This document shows positions 28,885-38,689 of a stretch of DNA of 64,000 bases, piece by piece. Position 1 is the stretch's first letter; each line of letters starts with the position of its first letter. Origin of the DNA: an uncultured Verrucomicrobiae bacterium (GTDB lineage Bacteria; Verrucomicrobiota; Verrucomicrobiia; Limisphaerales; Palsa-1400); the NCBI GenBank assembly GCA_963707025.1, contig CAVPOM010000004.1, positions 288,001 to 352,000 of the forward strand. Reading direction: 5' to 3'. Position numbers and translations under genes: made by a program. A model generated the notes under the pieces. It did not search any database and was not told the origin of the DNA. It saw only the letters and a list, made by a program, of their open reading frames with translations.

Positions 28885-29778
28885 ATGATGTTGAAAGAAC
28901 CGCTGCTGCAATTGGATTTGCCCGGAGTGAACAAGGTGAAGAGCGGCAAGGTCCGGGAGATTTTTGATCTGGGCGACCGGCTGCTCATTGTCGCCACCGA
29001 CCGCATTTCGGCTTTTGATTGCGTGATGCCCAACGGCATACCGCGCAAAGGCGAGGTGTTGACGCAACTGTCCTATTTTTGGTTCGATCTGCTCTCCCCG
29101 CTGGTGGCCAACCACCTGGCGGCGCGCGCCGCCGAGCCGCTGCCGCCGGAATTGCAGAAGTTTTCCGAGGCGCTGGCCCGCCGCAGCATGCTGGTGAAAA
29201 AGGCCCAACCGCTGGCCATTGAGTGTGTGGTGCGCGGTTACCTCACCGGGTCGGGCTGGAAGGATTATCAGAAAACCGGTTGTGTTTGCGGGATTAAACT
29301 GCCCACCGCGCTGCAGGATTCCTGCCGCCTGCCCGCCCCGGTTTTCACGCCGGCGACCAAGGCGGCCAGCGGCCATGACGAAAACATTTCCTTCGAGGCG
29401 GCCTGCCGCATTGTCGGGGCGGACGTGGCGGAGAAGGTGCGCGATCTGACGCTGAAAGTCTATTGTTTCGCCGCCGATTTCGCCTTGAAACGCGGCATCA
29501 TTATTGCCGACACCAAGCTCGAATTTGGCCTGCACGACGGCAATTTGATTCTGATTGATGAAGTCCTCACGCCGGACTCCTCGCGCTTCTGGCCGGCCGA
29601 CCAGTATGAGCCGGGCCGCAGCCAGCCCAGTTTCGACAAGCAGTTTGTGCGCGATTATTTGGAAACCCTTTCCTGGAACAAACAGCCCCCCGCGCCCGCC
29701 CTGCCCCAGGCGGTGGTGGCCAAAACGACGGAGAAATACCTGGAGGCCTTCCAACGGCTGACCGGAAAGGCGCTATGA
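28885..29778 (+). CDS. purC: SAICAR synthetase
   Basis: [35 protein letters not shown]. Confidence 0.97.
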   Translation: MMLKEPLLQLDLPGVNKVKSGKVREIFDLGDRLLIVATDRISAFDCVMPNGIPRKGEVLTQLSYFWFDLLSPLVANHLAARAAEPLPPELQKFSEALARRSMLVKKAQPLAIECVVRGYLTGSGWKDYQKTGCVCGIKLPTALQDSCRLPAPVFTPATKAASGHDENISFEAACRIVGADVAEKVRDLTLKVYCFAADFALKRGIIIADTKLEFGLHDGNLILIDEVLTPDSSRFWPADQYEPGRSQPSFDKQFVRDYLETLSWNKQPPAPALPQAVVAKTTEKYLEAFQRLTGKAL

Positions 29779-29796
29779 GCCGCGCGCCAGCCGGTC

Positions 29797-29823
29797 TGGA
29801 GTGCGGGAGCTTGCTCCCGCTTT
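29797..29823. repeat. REP-like palindrome TGGAGTGCGGGAGCTTGCTCCCGCTTT
   Basis: Exact 27-bp reverse-complement copy at 45386-45412. Confidence 0.8.
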
Positions 29824-29909
29824 CCGATGGCGGCGGCCAGCCGACGCGCTCCAAACCCCTCCCATTTCGGTGCCGCGCAAAATAAGCCGGCCTTGAGGCG
29901 GGCGCCGCC

Positions 29910-30830
29910 ATGCAAAATCTGGTCGAAGATTTTTTGTCCTATTTGCGCCATGAGAAGGGTTGCTCGCCGCAAACCCAAAAAACCTACGCCGCCCTGCTGC
30001 GGAATTTCACCGCCTGGGCCGCACGGCAAGGTTTGCAGGATTGGACGCAGGTGACCTTGCGCCATCTCATGGCCTTCATGGAGCAGGAGCGGACGCGCGC
30101 CCTGAAGGACGCGCCGCCCGACTCCGGGAAAAAACTCAGTTCGGAAAGCATTTACCTGCAAATCGCCGCGTTGCGCGCCTTCTATTCCTTCGCGGAGGGG
30201 GAGAAGCACCTGGGGCAAAACATCGCCGAAAACCTGTCCTTCCCGCGGCGGTGGCAGCGGCTGCCCAAATGGCTTTCCGATGCCGAAATTGAGCAACTGC
30301 TCAAACCGGAAACGGCCGCCGACCCGCGCGCCCTCTGCGACCAGGCGGTGCTGGAACTGGCCTACGCCTCCGGTTTGCGCCTGGCGGAATTGCGCGGCAT
30401 CCGCCTGGAGCAACTCCATCTGGAGGCGGGCTTCGTCACGGTCATTGGCAAAGGCAACAAGGAGCGCGTCGTGCCGCTGGGCCGCCAGGCGGTGGCCGCC
30501 ATCCGGCGTTATTTGGAGGCGGGCCGCCCGAAATTGGTGACCGCGAAGTCCCCGGCCAGTCTGTTCCTCACCCGGCGCGGCACGCCCTTTGCGGCGGTGA
30601 CGATGTGGCAGCGCATCAAGCGGCACGCCGCGCGGGCGGGCCTCGGGCGGAACATCACCCCCCACATGCTGCGCCACAGTTTTGCCACTCACTTGCTGGA
30701 ACACGGCGCGGACCTTCGCGTCATCCAGGAACTCCTCGGCCACGCCAGCATCAGCACCACCGAGGTTTATACCCATCTGGACGGCCGGCGTTTGCGCGAT
30801 GTCCACCGCAAATTCCACCCGCGCGGGTGA
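29910..30830 (+). CDS. xerD: Tyrosine recombinase XerD/XerC
   Basis: YASGLR, GKGNKER, TPHMLRHSFATHLL, LGHASISTTEVY; chromosomal context. Confidence 0.85.
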   Translation: MQNLVEDFLSYLRHEKGCSPQTQKTYAALLRNFTAWAARQGLQDWTQVTLRHLMAFMEQERTRALKDAPPDSGKKLSSESIYLQIAALRAFYSFAEGEKHLGQNIAENLSFPRRWQRLPKWLSDAEIEQLLKPETAADPRALCDQAVLELAYASGLRLAELRGIRLEQLHLEAGFVTVIGKGNKERVVPLGRQAVAAIRRYLEAGRPKLVTAKSPASLFLTRRGTPFAAVTMWQRIKRHAARAGLGRNITPHMLRHSFATHLLEHGADLRVIQELLGHASISTTEVYTHLDGRRLRDVHRKFHPRG

Positions 30831-30832
30831 AT

Positions 30833-31069
30833 TCAGCCCGCCCGACGGACGCAGAGAACTTCATCCACACGCAATGCCTCCAAGGCCCAGGCCGGCAAAG
30901 CAGTGACTTTGAACGTGTCACCCAAGGCATTGAGCACCTCCACGGCATAGCCGGGCGTTCCATCGGGAGCCTGGCATTCATCCACCAACTTTACAACATC
31001 GCCACGCCGCAAGCCCTGTTCGGGCAAATCGCAGCTTAATGCGGCTTCGGTGTAAAGTGGCAGCGTCAT
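30833..31069 (-). CDS. DUF4926 family protein
   Basis: DLPEQGLRRGDVVKLVD...GYAVEVLNALGDT. Confidence 0.8.
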   Translation of the reverse strand: MTLPLYTEAALSCDLPEQGLRRGDVVKLVDECQAPDGTPGYAVEVLNALGDTFKVTALPAWALEALRVDEVLCVRRAG

Positions 31070-31143
31070 AACAACGTCTTCTTGTCCGGCAACAAGGTAA
31101 CAAAGCGGGTGCTTATGCTCGGCTGACCGCTCGTCCTGTGAAT

Positions 31144-31395
31144 TCAACTCTCCCCCTCTTTAGCAAAAAATACGGCAGTTTTCTGGTGAAAGTCCGCTTT
31201 GAGCGAAGTTGCCAGTCCTAACTTGCTAATGCCATCAAGTTTCTCCATCAGCTTTGAGAAGCTGATGAAGCCGCAGACGTTGGCCAGCGGCTTTTCTCGC
31301 AGAGCGAATGTCGGGCGCAGTATTTCTTGCTCAACTTTATCCTGGCGCTCGTCAGGGGCAACGAGGAAAAGACTGATTTCAAGGTTTGGTTGAAG
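31144..31395 (-). pseudogene. Start-less C-terminal fragment of a PD-(D/E)XK nuclease-like (EVE-associated) protein
   Basis: Open frame LQPNLEISLFLVAPDERQDKVEQEILRPTF...GES-stop, absent from ORF track; lower GC. Confidence 0.55.
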
Positions 31396-31452
31396 GCGAG
31401 TCCCTGGCCATTCCGTAATTGTTTTGTGATTCCGCTATGCTAAACTTTGCCT

Positions 31453-31686
31453 ATGAGCACACTCCTTGAGATTAAAGCGGCCACGGAGGCGCTGCCGCCG
31501 GAGCAAAAAGAGGAATTATTCCGCTTTCTTGCCTCCCGTCTGCGGCCTGCCCGCTCGGCAGCCTCGGCCCCGCCAGGTGCCCGACTCGTCACCGGACCCA
31601 GCGGCACATTGCTGCTGGAAGCTCCTCCCGGCTCTCCGCCCATGACCACCCAAATGGTCAAGCAATTGCTTGAGGATTTCCCATGA
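31453..31686 (+). CDS. Putative antitoxin
   Basis: Small ORF coupled (ATGA) to PIN toxin. Confidence 0.7.
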   Translation: MSTLLEIKAATEALPPEQKEELFRFLASRLRPARSAASAPPGARLVTGPSGTLLLEAPPGSPPMTTQMVKQLLEDFP

Positions 31687-32099
31687 CCGGTTGGCTGCTG
31701 GATGTCAACGAGCTGCTGGGCTGCGGTTGGAAAAGCCACGTGAATCATGACGCTCTGATGAGGTGGCTCTTGCAGATAAATGAGTGGGCGACATGCCCCC
31801 TCTCCGAATCCGGCTTTCTGCGCATCAGCATGACAACGGCATATCGGGCAAACTTTGAGGACGCGCGAAAAACGCTCTCGACTTTGCGCGCCCTGCCTGG
31901 TCACCGCTTCCTTGCCGATGATGTTGCTGTCGCTTCGCTTCCGATTCTATTGAGCTACAAGGACACGACCGATGCTCATCTCGTCACCTTGGCGAAACGG
32001 CACGGATTAAAGCTGGCCACCTTGGATGATCTGTTGATAGCCAAGCCGTGGGCGGCTGGAACCGCGGAGAATCCGTTGCTGCAACCAGTAAAATCCTGA
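31683..32099 (+). CDS. vapC: VapC/PIN-domain ribonuclease toxin
   Basis: LLDVN, CPLSESGFLR, TDAHL, LATLD. Confidence 0.9.
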   Translation: MTGWLLDVNELLGCGWKSHVNHDALMRWLLQINEWATCPLSESGFLRISMTTAYRANFEDARKTLSTLRALPGHRFLADDVAVASLPILLSYKDTTDAHLVTLAKRHGLKLATLDDLLIAKPWAAGTAENPLLQPVKS

Positions 32100-32135
32100 T
32101 CCGTCTCTCTGGCCTGCAGGGAAGGGATCAACCCG

Positions 32136-32555
32136 TCAGTGATCCACTTTTAGGAACGGTCCCAGCGCTTCGATCAACTCCTTGGGCAGGCGTTTGGGCT
32201 TTTCATCCGTCGTCGCGCAGATGTGGCGCGTCACCCCTTCGGCCAGCAACGCGCCGCTGGCGTTGAGGATGCGGAAGCCGACGGTGAGCCTGATGCCGCC
32301 CATTTCCGTGATCCACAGTTCCAGGGTCAGCAGGTCGTCGTAGCGCGCCGGCCCTTTGTAGGCGATTTCCACGCCGATCACCGGGAAGGCCGTGCCCGCC
32401 TCCTGCCATTGCCGCGCCGAGCAGCCGGTCTGGCGCATGAATTCCCCGCGCGCCCCTTCCAGCATGTCGAGGTAGCGCGCGTAATAAACGTGGTTGCCCA
32501 CCGTGCATTCCGCATAGACCACCCGGTGCGTGTGTTGAAAGACCGATCCGGCCAT
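32136..32555 (-). CDS. Acyl-CoA thioesterase (YbgC/4HBT family)
   Basis: RVVYAEC...HVYYARYLDMLEGAR, YKGPARYDD. Confidence 0.88.
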   Translation of the reverse strand: MAGSVFQHTHRVVYAECTVGNHVYYARYLDMLEGARGEFMRQTGCSARQWQEAGTAFPVIGVEIAYKGPARYDDLLTLELWITEMGGIRLTVGFRILNASGALLAEGVTRHICATTDEKPKRLPKELIEALGPFLKVDH

Positions 32556-32616
32556 AAAAAATTTCGGCGCGCAAAGTAATTCTTTTGCCGCGTCCGCTTT
32601 GCTAAACTGTAGCCGT

Positions 32617-35037
32617 TTGAAATTCGACGAAGCAAGCAAAACACTGGAAGTTTCCGTGCGCGAACTGTCCGGGGAGGAGGGCTTTGGCCGGATCGGCTTC
32701 GAGCGCGGCGAAGGCTGGCATCGGCTCGGCCTGGGCGCGGAACTGCACCGCCGCGTTTTGGAGGAGCGCCGCGCGGGCCAGCCGGGCTATCGCAGCGAGG
32801 TCCATCTGCAGGCCAGCGTCCCGATGGACGGCTGGACCGCGCTGATCACCGGCCGGCTGGACGGCTGCGTGCGGCAGCCCTCCGGCGCGTGGCTGATCGA
32901 GGAGTTCAAATCCACCTTTCTGCCGGGCCAGGAAACACGGCGGGGCGGGGCGGCCTTCGCGCGCCACCAGCGCCAGCTTCTGCTTTACTGCGATCTGTGG
33001 CGCCGGCTGGGAAATTCCCCCGTGCAGGGCCGGCTCGTTTATGTGGACCTGGCCAGCGGGGAAGAATGCGTCGTGCCCGCCGCCTACGACCCGGCGGAGG
33101 CGGAGCGCGGGCTGGAGCGGCGGTTGCGGCAGCTCCTGGCCATCGGCCAGGCCGAGGCGGCCCTGCGCCGCCAAAAAGCCGCCGCCGCCGCCAGCCTGGC
33201 GTTTCCCCACGCCGCTCCCCGGCCCGGCCAGAAAATCATGATGGAGGCGGTGCGGCAGGCGTTGGCGGCGGGTGACAACCTGATCGCCGAAGCCCCCACC
33301 GGCTCGGGCAAAACCGCCGCCAGCCTGCATCCGGCGCTGGCCCACGGACTGGCCGCCGGGCGGCAGGTGTTCTTTCTCACGGCCAAGACCTTGCAGCAAA
33401 CCATGGCCGTTTCCGCCCTGCGCGCCATGAACCCGGACGGCGCCTTCCGCAGTTTGCAGATTCGCGCCAAGGAAAAAATGTGCGCCAACGACCGCGTGCT
33501 CTGTCACGAAGATTTTTGCCCTTACGCCAGGGATTATCCGGAAAAAATGGAGCGGTCCAAAATCCTGGACCGCCTGCGCCGCGGCCATTTCCATTTCGAC
33601 CCCGACGCCGTTTTTGCGGAGGCGAAGAAGGAGCGGGTCTGCCCCTTCGAGGTGCAACTGGAACTGGCGGGCCGGGCCGACGCCATCGTGGCGGATTACA
33701 ATTACGTCTTCGAGCCGGGCGTGGCCTTGCGCCGCCTGGAGCCGGAGGACGAGCCGGTGCTGCTGGTGGACGAAGCGCACAATTTGCCCGACCGCGCGCG
33801 CCAGATCTTCTCGCCGGAACTTCTGGAGGAATCCTGCCGCGCGGCGCAGGACAGCCTCCTGCTGCAAAGCGGCGAATTGTTCGACACCCTTTCCCGAACG
33901 CTCGGCCAGCTCAGCGCGCTGCTGGCCGAAACCGCCGCCGCCGCCCTCCCCGGCCCGATTTCTGAAATTGATCCGCCCATCGAACCCTTGCGCGCGCTCT
34001 GGCAGGTTTGGGAGCCGGCCTTTGTCCGTTACCTGGCGTGGAAGCGCGAGGCCCGGCTGGCGCTGCCGGACGATCCGATTGTTGACATACACTTCGTCTG
34101 GCAGCGCTTTGTCGCCGTTTTGAACCTGTTCGGTCCCGGCTTCACCTGCGTGGTGGAAAACCGGGCCGGCGGAGCGCGGCTGGCCGTGGTGTGCCTGGAT
34201 CCGGCCCGTCCGCTCGCGCCGGTCTTTGCCGCCGCCGCCTCGACCACCCTGCTCTCCGCGACGCTTTCCCCCGTGGAGGTCATCCGCCGCACCCTCGGTT
34301 TGGCGCCGGAGCGGACGCGGGCCCTGTCGCTGCCGCCGCCGTTCCCGCGGGCGAACCGGAAGATCCTGATTTTGCCGCAGGTGGGCACCGCCTTCGCCCA
34401 GCGGGAAAAGAATTTTGCCCCCATCGCCCGGCTGCTGGCGGAGATGTCCGACGCGCAGCCCGGCAACGCGCTGGTTCTTTTTCCCAGCTATCAATTCCTG
34501 GAAAAAGTGGCCGCGCTCCTGCCGGCCACGCGCGCGCAGGTGCGGGTGCAGCGTCCCAACTTTTCCGAAGCGGAGCGCCGCCGGATTTTCCAGGAACTGG
34601 CCGCGCCGCCCCCGCAGGGCCTCCTGCTCCTGGCCGTGCTGGGCGGGATGTATGCCGAAGGGGTGGATTATCCGGGCGAACTTCTTTCCGCCGTTTTCAT
34701 TGTCTCGCCCGCGCTGCCCCAAGTCTCCTTCGAGCGCGAATTGTTGCGCCGCTATTTTGAGGAGACCGAGCAGGCGGGATTTGAGTACGCCTACCTGCAA
34801 CCGGGCATGACCCGTGTCGTGCAGGCGGCGGGCCGTCTGATCCGCGGCGAAACGGATTGCGGCGTGATCGCGCTGCTCTGCCGGCGTTTTCTCCAGGAAC
34901 CCTACGCCAGCCATCTGCCGCGCGATTGGTACGAGCAGTCTCCGGCCGAACTGGCCGCCCCGGACCCGGCCGGCGAAATCCGGAAGTTTTTCGCCGGACA
35001 CCCGGCAAGCCCCGCGCCTCACTTCTTCTTGACATGA
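32617..35037 (+). CDS. DinG/XPD-family Fe-S helicase with N-terminal PD-(D/E)XK nuclease-like domain
   Basis: GRLDG...IEEFKS; APTGSGKT; four Cys cluster ligands; DEAH; QAAGRLIR. Confidence 0.9.
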   Translation: MKFDEASKTLEVSVRELSGEEGFGRIGFERGEGWHRLGLGAELHRRVLEERRAGQPGYRSEVHLQASVPMDGWTALITGRLDGCVRQPSGAWLIEEFKSTFLPGQETRRGGAAFARHQRQLLLYCDLWRRLGNSPVQGRLVYVDLASGEECVVPAAYDPAEAERGLERRLRQLLAIGQAEAALRRQKAAAAASLAFPHAAPRPGQKIMMEAVRQALAAGDNLIAEAPTGSGKTAASLHPALAHGLAAGRQVFFLTAKTLQQTMAVSALRAMNPDGAFRSLQIRAKEKMCANDRVLCHEDFCPYARDYPEKMERSKILDRLRRGHFHFDPDAVFAEAKKERVCPFEVQLELAGRADAIVADYNYVFEPGVALRRLEPEDEPVLLVDEAHNLPDRARQIFSPELLEESCRAAQDSLLLQSGELFDTLSRTLGQLSALLAETAAAALPGPISEIDPPIEPLRALWQVWEPAFVRYLAWKREARLALPDDPIVDIHFVWQRFVAVLNLFGPGFTCVVENRAGGARLAVVCLDPARPLAPVFAAAASTTLLSATLSPVEVIRRTLGLAPERTRALSLPPPFPRANRKILILPQVGTAFAQREKNFAPIARLLAEMSDAQPGNALVLFPSYQFLEKVAALLPATRAQVRVQRPNFSEAERRRIFQELAAPPPQGLLLLAVLGGMYAEGVDYPGELLSAVFIVSPALPQVSFERELLRRYFEETEQAGFEYAYLQPGMTRVVQAAGRLIRGETDCGVIALLCRRFLQEPYASHLPRDWYEQSPAELAAPDPAGEIRKFFAGHPASPAPHFFLT

Positions 35038-35474
35038 TCGAAAAACTCCTCCGCCAGGATGTAGCCCGCGCATCCCGGCGCGCCGCAGCGGCACGGATGC
35101 TCCCGATACTCCTCCAGGGTGTAGCCGTAGTTGAAGGTGATTTCCTCGCCCGCCGCGATGTCGCGCCGGGCGGTGATCCAGATGCGCCCGCCGCTCCATT
35201 CCGCCTGGCAATTGGGCGCGCAACTGTGATTGAGCCAGCGGGCCGGATTGGCCTCCGTATTGCCGTCCAGGTCAAATTCATCGTCCAGCGCGAAGATAAA
35301 CCAGTTGCCCGCTTCGCAGCGGCGGAGCGATTCCGCCTTGCTGATTTTCTCGCCGAGGTATTCCACCACGCGCGCGCCCCGGGGCAGGCTGCCCTTGGCG
35401 AAACCGCCCGTGCCGTGAATGGGCGAAGGGCCCAAGGTGAGATGATCCAGGACGGCGCCGGCGGGGTGGTTCAT
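35019..35474 (-). CDS. SET-domain lysine methyltransferase with post-SET
   Basis: SPIHGTG, RWLNHSCAPN, EEITFNY, CRCGAPGC. Confidence 0.92.
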   Translation of the reverse strand: MNHPAGAVLDHLTLGPSPIHGTGGFAKGSLPRGARVVEYLGEKISKAESLRRCEAGNWFIFALDDEFDLDGNTEANPARWLNHSCAPNCQAEWSGGRIWITARRDIAAGEEITFNYGYTLEEYREHPCRCGAPGCAGYILAEEFFDHVKKK

Positions 35475-37012
35475 GATCGCGTCCAGGTTTGCGCGGCCAG
35501 GAAGCGGAAGCGGTCGCGCAGCTCGTTGATGGCCCAGCCTGTAAAGTATGAATTGCAGAACAGGAGTGAGAACACAAAAATCAGCACGACGGTTGGACTC
35601 ATCACCCCGCCCAGGCCGCGGCCCGGCTCCAGCATGGCCCCCAGCGCGGCCAAGGAACTCATCACCAGCAACGGCAGCAGCACCACATAAAAAATCGCCA
35701 GGCCGGCGGCCTTGGCCGGGCTGGCCAGCCGCAGACCCAGGAACAGGCCGACCCAGGAGAGGCTGTATAAATTAACCAACAACCAAAGCACTTCCACCAC
35801 CACGGCGGCTGCCCACCCCATACCGTAGCCCAACCCCGCCCGGCACAAGCCAAGGATCAGAAACCCCAGATCTATCCCCAGGGCAAAGAGCACCGGCCAG
35901 AACAGGCTCCGCTTTAATTCGAGCAGGCAGCCCCGCACAATTTCCTCTTCATCGTACGGCGTGGTGAGCAGCAATTCCAGTTCGCCGCTCCGCCGCTGGC
36001 CGGCCAGCAGGCGGCTGGATTGGGTGGCGGCTTGAAATTTCAAGACGCTGTGCATAAGCAGGATGGTGGCCGGCGCGGCCGGCGCCTTCATCCAGGGGGG
36101 GCCGAGCAGGGCGCCGGCCAGAACGACGGCGCAGATCATCACCAACAAGGCCAGGGTCAAAAGAGGCTTGGCCGGTTCGATCATCCCGGGCGGCAGGTCC
36201 TGGGGCGGATATTTTGTGGGGCCGGGTGAGGCGGCCGGACGCGCCGGAACGGCGTTGGCGGCGCGCGTCCAGGAGCGGGGCACGAGGCAACTGGCGGCGC
36301 CGATCAACAGCCAGCCCAGGGCATGCGGCACCAGCAAGGCCCCGGCCACATCCGGCGCCGCAGCCATGCCCGCCACCGGGCTGAGCGCCGCCATCATGGC
36401 TCCGGCCGGAATCAGCGCCAGGCAAGCCGGGGAGTTGCACATCACCCCCAGGATGGGCAGAAGGGCGCCGAGAACGAGCAAAGCCAGTCCGCCCCAGGCG
36501 GTCGCGGCCTGCTCCCGCCAGACGCACGCGGAAATGAAAATTCCCAGCGCGGCGAAGTAAAACAGAGTGTTGATCAAGCCCAGCGCCACCTTCACCAAGT
36601 CTCCCAGCCCCACGCCGCCCAGGATGATGCAAAACCCGAAGGCCGGGAAGGCCGCCAGCAGGCCATAGAGGGAACGGCTGACCTGCGCCGCCAATTTTCC
36701 CGCGACGATGTCAAACCCGTTCAGGTCGGTCAGGAACAACAGGCCGAGGGTGCCTTCGCGCTTTTCCAGGCTGACACAGTCGCAGGTCAACAAGATGGCC
36801 TGCGCGGCCAGCAACACGTAGCCGCTGCCCGCCAGCAGGCCAAAAACCGCCTGTCCCGCCGAGGCGGTGCTCATCACCCGGTTGAATCCGGCGAAGACAA
36901 ACCCCAGCCCGGCGGCCATGGCCAGCAGGGCGATGAGGCAGCGCGAGTAATAGGTCATGGGCCGGCGGGCGGCGTGGCGCATTTCCAGGCGGGCAATGGG
37001 CAGGAAGTTCAT
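35471..37012 (-). CDS. ABC-2-type permease-like membrane protein
   Basis: EKREGTLGLLFLT and RRSGELELLLTTP duplicated motifs, multiple TM segments. Confidence 0.8.
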   Translation of the reverse strand: MNFLPIARLEMRHAARRPMTYYSRCLIALLAMAAGLGFVFAGFNRVMSTASAGQAVFGLLAGSGYVLLAAQAILLTCDCVSLEKREGTLGLLFLTDLNGFDIVAGKLAAQVSRSLYGLLAAFPAFGFCIILGGVGLGDLVKVALGLINTLFYFAALGIFISACVWREQAATAWGGLALLVLGALLPILGVMCNSPACLALIPAGAMMAALSPVAGMAAAPDVAGALLVPHALGWLLIGAASCLVPRSWTRAANAVPARPAASPGPTKYPPQDLPPGMIEPAKPLLTLALLVMICAVVLAGALLGPPWMKAPAAPATILLMHSVLKFQAATQSSRLLAGQRRSGELELLLTTPYDEEEIVRGCLLELKRSLFWPVLFALGIDLGFLILGLCRAGLGYGMGWAAAVVVEVLWLLVNLYSLSWVGLFLGLRLASPAKAAGLAIFYVVLLPLLVMSSLAALGAMLEPGRGLGGVMSPTVVLIFVFSLLFCNSYFTGWAINELRDRFRFLAAQTWTRS

Positions 37013-37015
37013 GGG

Positions 37016-37490
37016 TTACCTTCCGATCGTGCGGATGAAGGACCCAAGATTGAGCATAATTATGATTGACGAAAGGATCAGCCCGGCATAGGCCAGGGCC
37101 GCGGCCCAAAAGACCAGATGGCGCGCCGGATTCCACTGCCGCGGCGCCGACCGCTGATATTGCCGGACCCACCCGTAGCCTTGCAGCGCGGAGAGCAGGA
37201 CCCCCAGGCCCAGCACCAGGCCTGCGGTCGCAGCTCAGCAATACGACCGCCAGCATGAAAGCCACGGCCGCGATGGCAACCCTTTCCGCCCCGGCGCGAG
37301 GCGGCGGCTCGCCCGTTTCATCCGCCAATTGCTGCTGCAACCGCAGGGTCAGGCAGGCCTGCCCCAGGCCAAACAGCGGAACGACTCCCATCAGGCCAAA
37401 GACAAAACAGCGCATGGAACGGCGAATCAACCGCACCCGGTCCACCGACACGGGCGCGGGCAGTTGCGGCGATGGCGGCGCGGGGGTCAT
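37016..37490 (-). CDS. Small membrane protein, frameshifted near 37225
   Basis: RCFVFGLMGVVPLFGLG N-part and WNPARHLVFW C-part in different frames; coupled to neighbours. Confidence 0.55.
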
Positions 37491-38689
37491 TTGAATTGGA
37501 AAGGGGCGTTGCTCAAGTGGCTGATAAATTGAAAAACCCCCGCTGCGACCAGCGCGACGCTGGCGGCGTTGAGCAAAACCAGGCCCGTGCTCAGGGCCTG
37601 CGCGGCGGCTTGTTCCAGTTCAAACGCCTTGGCGTCGAGGGAGGCCTGCCATCCCGCCAGGGCGGCAAAAAAGCCGCGCGCGCCGTGCGCGCCGTTGCGG
37701 AGCCGCCAGCGAAACTCACCCGTGTCGTCCAGCAGTTGCACCGCTTCGGTCAACTTGGCGCCCTGGCCCAACCGGGCCGCCGCCTGGCCGGCGCGCCGCG
37801 CGAAAATGCCATTGGCCGTGCTGAGCGCCGCCAGGCGCAAGGCCCGTTCCTCCGGCAGGCCGGCGTCCAGCAACAGCCCCAGCATGGCGGAGAAATCCCG
37901 TTGCAGCCGCTTGCGCCGCCAGGGCACATGCAGGAAAAGCCAGTCGCTCCAGTCGCGCAGCGGGCGCACGCCGGCTTGCAGCCACGAAACAAAGCGCGTG
38001 CCGCCGAACAAAAACAGCGCGCTGCCATAACAGGCCAGCAAGAGCGCCATCTGGGCCAGGAGTAAAAATGGAAACCAGGCCGACAGCGTGTCATAGAGGC
38101 CGCCCGGCTGGATTTTCAGGCCGGCGGCGACGTCGTTGAAGACGGGAAAAACACGGGTGAACAGCATCGGCAGCAGGCCGATCAGCATCGGATTGAGGAC
38201 CAGGCCGAAGGCGACTTGATAATTGATGAGAGCGCGGGTTTGCGAGGTGCCGTCCTGCAAAAGAAGGCGGCAGGCCGGCAGGACGCGGGAGAAGTCGCCC
38301 AGGTTCTGGCCGACCTTCAACATGGCCAGGACTTGGGGCGGGAGCAAGGCCGGAACTTTTTCCAGGGCGGGAACCAGGCCGTGGCCCTGCTCCAGGTACG
38401 CGGCCAGCAAATGAAATCGCACGCCGGGCGAGGCGTCCCGGCAGTTGGCCAGCGAGAGGATGTGATGCTCGATGGATTGGCCCTGCTGCAAGGCGGACTC
38501 AATCAAATCGAGCAGAAAGCGCGCGCCTTCCTGCCGCCGCAGCGGACGGCTGTTGAGATAATAGATGGCCGCCGCCGCCGCGCCGACGGGGAGGAGGACG
38601 GGCAGCAGCCAGCCCTGCACGATTTGCAGGGCGCGGCCGGCGGCCGGGGCGCCCGCCGCCAGCATGGGAAACAGGTTGAAGAAGCTCAT
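37487..38689 (-). CDS. Type II secretion/pilus F (GspF/PilC) family protein
   Basis: Two T2SSF-like repeats (MLKVGQNLG; LLLDAGLP). Confidence 0.8.
   Translation of the reverse strand: MSFFNLFPMLAAGAPAAGRALQIVQGWLLPVLLPVGAAAAAIYYLNSRPLRRQEGARFLLDLIESALQQGQSIEHHILSLANCRDASPGVRFHLLAAYLEQGHGLVPALEKVPALLPPQVLAMLKVGQNLGDFSRVLPACRLLLQDGTSQTRALINYQVAFGLVLNPMLIGLLPMLFTRVFPVFNDVAAGLKIQPGGLYDTLSAWFPFLLLAQMALLLACYGSALFLFGGTRFVSWLQAGVRPLRDWSDWLFLHVPWRRKRLQRDFSAMLGLLLDAGLPEERALRLAALSTANGIFARRAGQAAARLGQGAKLTEAVQLLDDTGEFRWRLRNGAHGARGFFAALAGWQASLDAKAFELEQAAAQALSTGLVLLNAASVALVAAGVFQFISHLSNAPFQFK

Noticed and set aside
32617..33100. Cas4 / type IV CRISPR CasDinG system
   Set aside because: No array or other cas genes in the window.
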